The position numbers and the translations under genes were made by a program. The notes below the pieces were generated by a model that saw only the letters and a program-made list of their open reading frames with translations, did not search any database and was not told the origin of the DNA. Positions 57,862 to 64,000 of a stretch of 64,000 bases of DNA are shown here, one piece after another. Source of the DNA: Escherichia phage PhaxI; sequence record JN673056. The stretch is one strand, 5' to 3'. Position 1 is the first letter of the stretch. Each line of letters opens with the position of its first letter.

Positions 57862-59093
57862 TACACATTTCTAAAATGCCGCAGGGGTATAAAGCCCCTG
57901 AAAAATGGAAATACCCGATTGATCTGGCAGTAGATTATCGTAAGCCAGAAAATCGCATGTACCTGCTCAAGGCATGGGTGGAGGCGCTATCCTACACTGA
58001 AGAGCATAACCAGCAAGTCCGTCTGATGGATTATGCCATCGAGGTTACAGAAGGCATCACACAGCTCGAGAAGATCGAGCGCAAGATTTGGATGGCCTTT
58101 TTGTGGGGTTGTTGCTATAATGGGATTGGACCATGGACAATTTACAGTGAATTTCCTGTACCCCCACAATCTCCGAAAGAGTTTCAGCGATTTTCTGATT
58201 GGTATAACCTGAACTTTGATCGTATGCGCTTCGATACAGATTGTCGTTATCGTAAGTCGAAGATGATTCCGTGCGTTCAGTCCTATATCGATTGGTTGGG
58301 TGGTAAAACCCAAATGGATTCTTTTCGTTGGATGTTGGAATGCACTACCAAGGAAGACCAGTTCACCGAACTGTGGAATACGGCGATGTCATGGAAATAC
58401 TTTGGCCGCCTGAGCGCATGGAACTTCCTGGAAGCCCTGAACATGGTCTTCGGTAACATATGGGATATAGACGTCCCTGGCTTCATGTTGCGTGACCGCG
58501 ATGGCAGCGAGTCCAACCGCAACGGCGCGGCATTCTTGTCAAACCGTGACGACTGGGTGACCAAGCACGGGAAGAAAAAGATCAACGGTTGTCCTATTAC
58601 AGACGAAGAATGTGATATACTCGAAACCGACCTTGAGAAAGCATTTCAGGAATGCGTTGAAGAGTTCGGCCACATCACGTTTATCAATCGTCTGAACTTT
58701 GAGACCTCCGGTGCTTGTTGGCTGAAGAAATTCTTCCGACTGAAGAATACCCGTTACATCGGGTGGGACGCCGAGCGTACATGGGACGAGATCGATTATA
58801 TGGAGCGTATTTGGCCTGAATACTCCTGTGCGCCTCTCTGGGAAGCCCGTTCCCTCTGGCTACCAGATACCCTGTTGTGCGAAAAAGCTCCTACAGGGCA
58901 CGTTCCTGGCGTCCAGAAGTGGAAGATGCCTGTGTTCTTTGAGACGGGTGTTCCTCTACATATATGGCACCTGCAGCAGGGTACGCGTTGGGAACCATCT
59001 GAGGTTTACACTAATCTGAAAATGCCCGTCCGAAAGATAGAGGACAATCCGAAGTCGACCAGTGTAAACCTCATGTCTTTGTTGAAGCGCTGA
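57858..59093 (+). CDS. hypothetical protein (411 aa), candidate DNA base-modification transferase
   Basis: Large Trp/Cys-rich ORF in the same block as the kinase and PLP enzyme; SD GGGAG; function is inference only. Confidence 0.5.
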   Translation: MIHISKMPQGYKAPEKWKYPIDLAVDYRKPENRMYLLKAWVEALSYTEEHNQQVRLMDYAIEVTEGITQLEKIERKIWMAFLWGCCYNGIGPWTIYSEFPVPPQSPKEFQRFSDWYNLNFDRMRFDTDCRYRKSKMIPCVQSYIDWLGGKTQMDSFRWMLECTTKEDQFTELWNTAMSWKYFGRLSAWNFLEALNMVFGNIWDIDVPGFMLRDRDGSESNRNGAAFLSNRDDWVTKHGKKKINGCPITDEECDILETDLEKAFQECVEEFGHITFINRLNFETSGACWLKKFFRLKNTRYIGWDAERTWDEIDYMERIWPEYSCAPLWEARSLWLPDTLLCEKAPTGHVPGVQKWKMPVFFETGVPLHIWHLQQGTRWEPSEVYTNLKMPVRKIEDNPKSTSVNLMSLLKR

Positions 59094-59129
59094 TATAAAT
59101 ATCCTCACCTATAAAGTGAGGATATTATC

Positions 59130-59297
59130 ATGTTACAAGATCTGTTGGTGTACGCGCTTCCTGGCGTTGTTGTCGGCTTCGTAGCTGGCGCTCTGGTCTT
59201 CCGTAAACACGCGCAAGACGGTGAAGTGATTGTTCAGAAGGGTAAAGACATCCTGGAACAAATCGAAGCCAAACTGGACGAGCTGAAGAAAAAGTAA
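59130..59297 (+). CDS. small membrane protein (55 aa), not in ORF track
   Basis: ATG at 59130 with SD GAGGA; LVYALPGVVVGFVAGALVF hydrophobic helix; terminator downstream. Confidence 0.4.
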   Translation: MLQDLLVYALPGVVVGFVAGALVFRKHAQDGEVIVQKGKDILEQIEAKLDELKKK

Positions 59298-59322
59298 TCT
59301 GATTGCGATTGCGTTCTTCAAT

Positions 59323-59365
59323 AAAGGGGAATGGGTTATTATTAGCCCGTTCCCCTTTCTTTTTG
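59323..59365 (+). terminator. rho-independent terminator
   Basis: AAAGGGGAATGGG...CCCGTTCCCCTTT hairpin followed by CTTTCTTTTT. Confidence 0.55.
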
Positions 59366-59378
59366 CAAGGATTGATTT

Positions 59379-59570
59379 ATGACACCTCAATACAAAATAT
59401 TGGTCACCAGCCGTTGTTATGCTTATGGACAGGGTGAAGCAATATCAGTACACACAGTTGTAGTTGATTTTGAAAACAAAGAACAAGCAGATTTGGCATT
59501 CTATAATATGCAGCAGAGCACAGCTCCTGCCGATATTGGCGTTAAACAAGTTTATACGAAATTATACTGA
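59379..59570 (+). CDS. hypothetical small protein
   Basis: 63-aa ORF. Confidence 0.4.
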   Translation: MTPQYKILVTSRCYAYGQGEAISVHTVVVDFENKEQADLAFYNMQQSTAPADIGVKQVYTKLY

Positions 59571-59581
59571 GGTCCTATATC

Positions 59582-59794
59582 ATGGCAATGCAACGAATTG
59601 AAGACATGTCTGTGCTCGATATGGAAGCGACATTTGGCGACTATTTTGAATCTACCCCGAAACAAAAAGACTCTCGAGTTGGCCGTCTGGTAGTTTCTGA
59701 AGCGTTCACACAGAAGGTTCGCGAAGGTCTTCCACCCGAATATGGATGCTTCCGTAATGGCGCTTCCGTTATCGTCATGGGAGAATCTAAATGA
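59582..59794 (+). CDS. hypothetical small protein
   Basis: 70-aa ORF. Confidence 0.4.
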   Translation: MAMQRIEDMSVLDMEATFGDYFESTPKQKDSRVGRLVVSEAFTQKVREGLPPEYGCFRNGASVIVMGESK

Positions 59795-60177
59795 CGCAGT
59801 CAGGATACAAACAATATTTGTACGATCTGTTCATGAAAGAAACAGACGGCGCATTACATCCTAAGAAAGCGACTATTGTTAAATTGCATTCTGAAGGTGA
59901 TTTGTCTATAGCATATATCCGAAAAGAACTCGATTTGATGGGAATCGAATACGAAGACCACATCACGGATACACGTGCTTTAAAAAGAGCAACAGCAATC
60001 GTTCTTCACACCGTTGCAACAATTATGCATCGCCACCATGTTTCTTTTGACGATGCAATAACTCCACAGTATCATGAAGAACGCTGGGAATTGCTCAAAT
60101 TGAACGGGGCGCACAGTTCTCACAAAAATCAACTCCTTGGTATGACGAAGGAACAACTCGTGGATGGTGTGTTATGA
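59791..60177 (+). CDS. hypothetical protein
   Basis: 128-aa ORF overlapping neighbours by 4 nt. Confidence 0.45.
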   Translation: MTQSGYKQYLYDLFMKETDGALHPKKATIVKLHSEGDLSIAYIRKELDLMGIEYEDHITDTRALKRATAIVLHTVATIMHRHHVSFDDAITPQYHEERWELLKLNGAHSSHKNQLLGMTKEQLVDGVL

Positions 60178-61283
60178 TTTACCTTCTGTTTGTGGTTCCT
60201 GTAATTTTGGCCATCTTGTTTGTGATATATCACCGCAAGACTCATGAGCCAAAGGAGACTTTGATCGCCACGGCCATTGTTATCGTATTGTCTTGCCTTA
60301 TCCAGTCGGGATTATATGCTGCTTTCTCCCTTGGTAGTTCTGGGGACGTGGAAATTTTGAATGGATATGTAACTGATAAGCAACGGAATAAGGTGGGTTG
60401 TGAACATTCTTATGAATGTATGTGCTATTACACAACATCTTGCTCTGGTTCAGGAAATAACCGATCTTGTACACAAACGCGTCATTGCAGCACATGCTAT
60501 GAGCACTCTTATGACGTTGATTGGGACGTATTAACAACCGTCGGTGATCTGAGCATTGACCGTATTGATCGTCAGGGTACTACAGAGCCTCCGCGTTGGG
60601 CACAAGTTAAAATCGGGGAACCTGCGGCACGTGAACATTCATATATGAATTATGTGCTGGGCAACAAAGATTCATTATTCTCTAAATCTGACCAGCAATT
60701 CGCTGAGAATTTCAAAGAGCATATCCCTTCATATCCAAGGGTGTATGATTATTACCGAGTAACCCGTGTTCTGAATATGTCAGGGATGGACATTCCTGTT
60801 GATTACTGGAATGATTATCTGAACGACACTCTGAAAACATTAGGTGCTTCACGTCAGGTTAATATCGTTTGGGTTGTGACTTCTGGCCAGCCTGTTGAAT
60901 ATTTTCAGGGACTTCTATATGCATGGTCCGGCGGTAAAAAGAACGATGTTATTGTAGTCACCGATATTTCAAAGGATATGAAAATTAATTGGGGTAAGTC
61001 TACGTCATTTGCCGACGGCATGAACAACATGGAACTCCATTCTCGTAACGGACTTTCATTGACTGGGAAACCAATGGGTATATCCGTGTTCCAAGAAGTT
61101 GCGGTCAATATCAGTAAGGGATACAACCGAGTTGAGATGAAGGAAATGGAATATCTGAAATGGCGAGATCTTAAAACTTGGGAAGTGATTATCGTCGTGC
61201 TGTTTGGATGTATCCCTTTTACCGCAGTTTTCATATTAGGCCGCATGCAGTACAATGGTCGAACTTATAAACGTTTGTTTTAA
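60174..61283 (+). CDS. membrane protein with Cys-rich extracytoplasmic region
   Basis: 369 aa; N- and C-terminal transmembrane helices; cluster CEHSYECMCYYTTSCSGSGNNRSCTQTRHCSTC. Confidence 0.5.
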   Translation: MIYLLFVVPVILAILFVIYHRKTHEPKETLIATAIVIVLSCLIQSGLYAAFSLGSSGDVEILNGYVTDKQRNKVGCEHSYECMCYYTTSCSGSGNNRSCTQTRHCSTCYEHSYDVDWDVLTTVGDLSIDRIDRQGTTEPPRWAQVKIGEPAAREHSYMNYVLGNKDSLFSKSDQQFAENFKEHIPSYPRVYDYYRVTRVLNMSGMDIPVDYWNDYLNDTLKTLGASRQVNIVWVVTSGQPVEYFQGLLYAWSGGKKNDVIVVTDISKDMKINWGKSTSFADGMNNMELHSRNGLSLTGKPMGISVFQEVAVNISKGYNRVEMKEMEYLKWRDLKTWEVIIVVLFGCIPFTAVFILGRMQYNGRTYKRLF

Positions 61284-61298
61284 CAAGAGGAAGTAAAG

Positions 61299-61868
61299 AT
61301 GTCACAACGTAAAGGTATTTCAATTGGTTGGATTGTTGGGTTGGCGATTCTAGCATTTGCTGTAATTGGGATTGGCAGTGTGGTTAGCTATTTCAATGAC
61401 TTCAACCGCATTGAACAACAGGTCAAAAAGTTCAACAAAGATTCTGAAAACCACCTGAGCAACTACACGCTCAAAGTTCAGGAGACGGCGCAGATTCCTG
61501 ACATGTACAAAAACGGTTTGAAGGAAGTGATCAAAGATACTTTCCAAGGCCGTTATGGCGCGGACGGTTCCAAAGCAGTAATGCAATGGATTCAGGAACA
61601 GAATATTCAGTTTGATTCATCTTTGTACAAAGAGATTCAGGTTGTTATCAGCTCAGGTCGGGATGAATTCCGCATTAGCCAAACTAAAAAATTGGACGCA
61701 TGTGCGATCTATGAAACTAAACTTGGCCAGTTCCCTGGTTCTCTGATAGCAGGAATCTTTGGATATCCGCGTATCGATCTTGACAAGACATGTCAGGTGG
61801 TGAGTGACACCCGCACCCAGGCCGCATTTGACTCCGGTGTCCAGACTCCGATTAACTTCAAAGGCTGA
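61299..61868 (+). CDS. LemA-like membrane-anchored protein
   Basis: 189 aa; N-terminal transmembrane helix then helical domain, size and layout typical of LemA-family proteins; motif-level only. Confidence 0.4.
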   Translation: MSQRKGISIGWIVGLAILAFAVIGIGSVVSYFNDFNRIEQQVKKFNKDSENHLSNYTLKVQETAQIPDMYKNGLKEVIKDTFQGRYGADGSKAVMQWIQEQNIQFDSSLYKEIQVVISSGRDEFRISQTKKLDACAIYETKLGQFPGSLIAGIFGYPRIDLDKTCQVVSDTRTQAAFDSGVQTPINFKG

Positions 61869-61872
61869 TCTT

Positions 61873-62295
61873 ATGAGCGTGAAACTAACCGAATCTCTGA
61901 CGCTGGAACAGCAACAGGCGTTACTGGATGAAGTGGTAATCTCTGCCATCAAGCAGGGCATTATCAAAGACGACACGTTGTTGACGCGCCCCGAAATGAT
62001 CCATCATCTGGTGGTGTGCCTGGGTGAAGCCAATAATCCTCGCAAAAAGATTGTAATGTTCAAAGAAGGCATTATTTATCCCAATGGAAGATTCGCTTGG
62101 TTAACCCTATCGGGAAGTCATCCGGATTTGAAGGATGAACAGAAAGAAATCAAAACTTCTGTTCCGGTAACGCCATACACCGAAGGAGTTGATTTATTGT
62201 CTTGGTTTGAGACTATCAATACCATCTATGTCATGGCACCTGATGGTAAGCCAGCACAGGATCTGCGTGGTGGGGTTGTAGGTTCGGAAGACTAA
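61873..62295 (+). CDS. hypothetical protein
   Basis: 140 aa from ATG at 61873 (track start 61804 overlaps previous gene). Confidence 0.45.
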   Translation: MSVKLTESLTLEQQQALLDEVVISAIKQGIIKDDTLLTRPEMIHHLVVCLGEANNPRKKIVMFKEGIIYPNGRFAWLTLSGSHPDLKDEQKEIKTSVPVTPYTEGVDLLSWFETINTIYVMAPDGKPAQDLRGGVVGSED

Positions 62296-62311
62296 TAGTT
62301 CTTCAATAAAT

Positions 62312-62345
62312 GGGGATAGGGTATTATTGCTCTATCCCCTTTTCA
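62312..62345 (+). terminator. rho-independent terminator
   Basis: GGGGATAG...CTATCCCC hairpin followed by TTTTCA. Confidence 0.5.
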
Positions 62346-62356
62346 TGGGCAAGAAC

Positions 62357-62728
62357 ATGACAGACAAGCCAAGAAAGATAGCGATTATTGGAGGAGGAAT
62401 CGGCGCTCGGACTATGGCCATTATCCTTCAAGAAAAGTTGAAAGGTGTTGAAGTAGAATGTATCAGTGTAGACGATATTCCTAAACGTCGTTGTGAACCA
62501 GGTGAACGCATGATAATTTGTGATGATCTGGTAGAAAGCGAACGCAAAACCTTGGTATCTCAAGCGGTGGCTCAGTTACGGAAGTCAGATATTTCGTATT
62601 GTGAAGCAGAAGCCGATGACAGAGACATAATTGCGTCACAACGTTATCAAAAGCCGCCGCGCCTATATGGAGCCGCCCAACATAAACGTCAGGCTAAGAA
62701 ATATAAAAATCGGAGTAAACGAAAATGA
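62357..62728 (+). CDS. hypothetical protein with glycine-rich Rossmann-like motif
   Basis: ATG at 62357; IAIIGGGIGARTMAIIL motif; basic C-terminus. Confidence 0.4.
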   Translation: MTDKPRKIAIIGGGIGARTMAIILQEKLKGVEVECISVDDIPKRRCEPGERMIICDDLVESERKTLVSQAVAQLRKSDISYCEAEADDRDIIASQRYQKPPRLYGAAQHKRQAKKYKNRSKRK

Positions 62729-63171
62729 CTACTCAAAAACCAACTTATGAGGAATTGGCCACTGCATTGATCCACATGGATGATGCCTTCCAAGATCTCT
62801 TTGGCCAAGTATGCTCTAATCCAGTGATGAATGCTTGGGGCAAGCCCGTTAACTTTGCTGTTATGAACAAACACCGCGAACAGGCAAGTTCAACTATTAG
62901 CAATTTGCGTCAAACGATGGATGTAAAACAACCAAGCATCCAACGGTATCTTGAAAACTTCGATGAGTATTCTTTCAAAGACCTTCTGTTCAAAGATCTA
63001 GTCGAGCAAGAGCAACGCAGACAGAGTAAGAACTGCTCTGAAGTACAATCTTCTGATGAAATTCGTCAGAACATAGAACAAGAATTCGACAATGCATACG
63101 ATCCTATCGGTTTGGCTGTTATGATCGTAAAAGCTCTGTCGTATGCAGCAAAAGGTGAAACAAATGTCTAA
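62725..63171 (+). CDS. hypothetical protein
   Basis: 148-aa ORF. Confidence 0.45.
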   Translation: MTTQKPTYEELATALIHMDDAFQDLFGQVCSNPVMNAWGKPVNFAVMNKHREQASSTISNLRQTMDVKQPSIQRYLENFDEYSFKDLLFKDLVEQEQRRQSKNCSEVQSSDEIRQNIEQEFDNAYDPIGLAVMIVKALSYAAKGETNV

Positions 63172-63370
63172 ACCATTATCTGCTGTGGCTGTAGCAACCC
63201 TTGCTTTGTCCGCCATGGCTGAAGATATGACGCATAATGGTCGTCTCTGGGATGATCATCGTTATGCACAAGGGTGTACCCCTGGGGAACCTGGGCATGC
63301 TCGTCCTTCCGTCAGTCGTCCTAAAAAGGCCAAGACCCATGGAAAGAACAAAAAGAAACGCCGTAAATGA
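63143..63370 (+). CDS. small secreted basic protein
   Basis: 75 aa; signal-peptide-like LSAVAVATLALSAMA; Lys/Arg-rich C-terminus. Confidence 0.4.
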   Translation: MQQKVKQMSKPLSAVAVATLALSAMAEDMTHNGRLWDDHRYAQGCTPGEPGHARPSVSRPKKAKTHGKNKKKRRK

Positions 63371-63539
63371 CGTCATCCCCGAATATCGCCTTCACGCATT
63401 ATCGGAAGGTGAACCCAGATCATCACGATGTCATGTTATGTTTCAAGAAGGTAAAATGATGGCCGATGAAATCCTCTTCCTTCGAGCAGAGGTGATCCGT
63501 TTAAGTAACAATAAACCCCCAAAGAAATGAGGATATGTC

Positions 63540-63893
63540 ATGAGTTCTATTGAACAGCTGATCACACCACAATATGTTTACAGCAATATTGTAGAGCACC
63601 TCCGCTCTCAATTGAATGTGAAGCAGTTGAACACTTCTGAATTGAGTGGTTTAGAAATCACAGAAGTTGAAGTTGCGGCCTTCGGTAGTCGTTATCATTT
63701 TGTTGTCAATCACACTCAGGTTGAACAAGTCACTTCGAGCATTATTGACCTCGGCGCAACGAAGCCTTCCCGCGCAGAGCCGAAATCTGTGACACGCAAT
63801 ATTGTGGGTTATCTGGAAGAGACGTTAGAGCCAGGTGCCACCCACCCGATATTCAATTTCAACGCCACCGTTGTAAACGTTCAGGGAAGTTAA
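63540..63893 (+). CDS. hypothetical protein
   Basis: 117-aa ORF. Confidence 0.45.
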   Translation: MSSIEQLITPQYVYSNIVEHLRSQLNVKQLNTSELSGLEITEVEVAAFGSRYHFVVNHTQVEQVTSSIIDLGATKPSRAEPKSVTRNIVGYLEETLEPGATHPIFNFNATVVNVQGS

Positions 63894-64000
63894 TCCTGAT
63901 TAAAGCCTCCGATCGGAGGCTTTTCTATTGAACCACCCGCCAGTATCATAACCTTACCCAATAATGTGTTCTTCTTTGATCTGAACAGGAATTCTATACT

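Noticed and set aside
1-64000. CRISPR arrays, rRNA genes, integrase/attachment sites
   Set aside because: No regularly spaced direct repeats, no rRNA-like sequence and no recombinase-like ORF were seen; the window is consistent with a lytic phage genome.

Overview
This window looks like part of a T4-superfamily myovirus genome. It has three blocks. (1) Positions 46-39454, almost all on the minus strand, hold a late structural module in T4 gene order: gp2/gp4-like, major capsid (gp23-like), scaffold, prohead protease, portal, tail tube, tail sheath, terminase large and small subunits, neck proteins, a 1612-aa structural protein, several beta-helix tailspike/fiber genes, and baseplate wedge gp6. 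Homing-endonuclease genes are inserted between core genes, and the terminase large subunit carries a mini-intein in its P-loop. (2) Positions 40337-45260 are an ORF-poor RNA island on the plus strand. It holds three canonical tRNAs (Met-CAT, Asn-GTT, Ser-GCT), tRNA-like elements that lack an anticodon arm, tRNA 3'-half-like modules, long perfect hairpins and one nested endonuclease gene. This is the most unusual part of the window. (3) Positions 45298-63893 are mostly plus strand and carry a family B DNA polymerase (gp43-like), a PLP-dependent enzyme, a P-loop kinase, an HAD phosphatase and many small or membrane proteins. A CTAAATAcCcc-type late-promoter-like motif recurs upstream of structural genes. 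Together with the multiple tailspikes and the candidate thymidine-modification enzymes, this suggests an Ackermannviridae (Vi01-like) phage; that assignment is inference, not a database result. No CRISPR array or rRNA was seen. Gene starts are taken from the ORF track and adjusted only where an internal ATG with a Shine-Dalgarno sequence was clearly better; the track uses alternative start codons, so some 5' ends remain uncertain.
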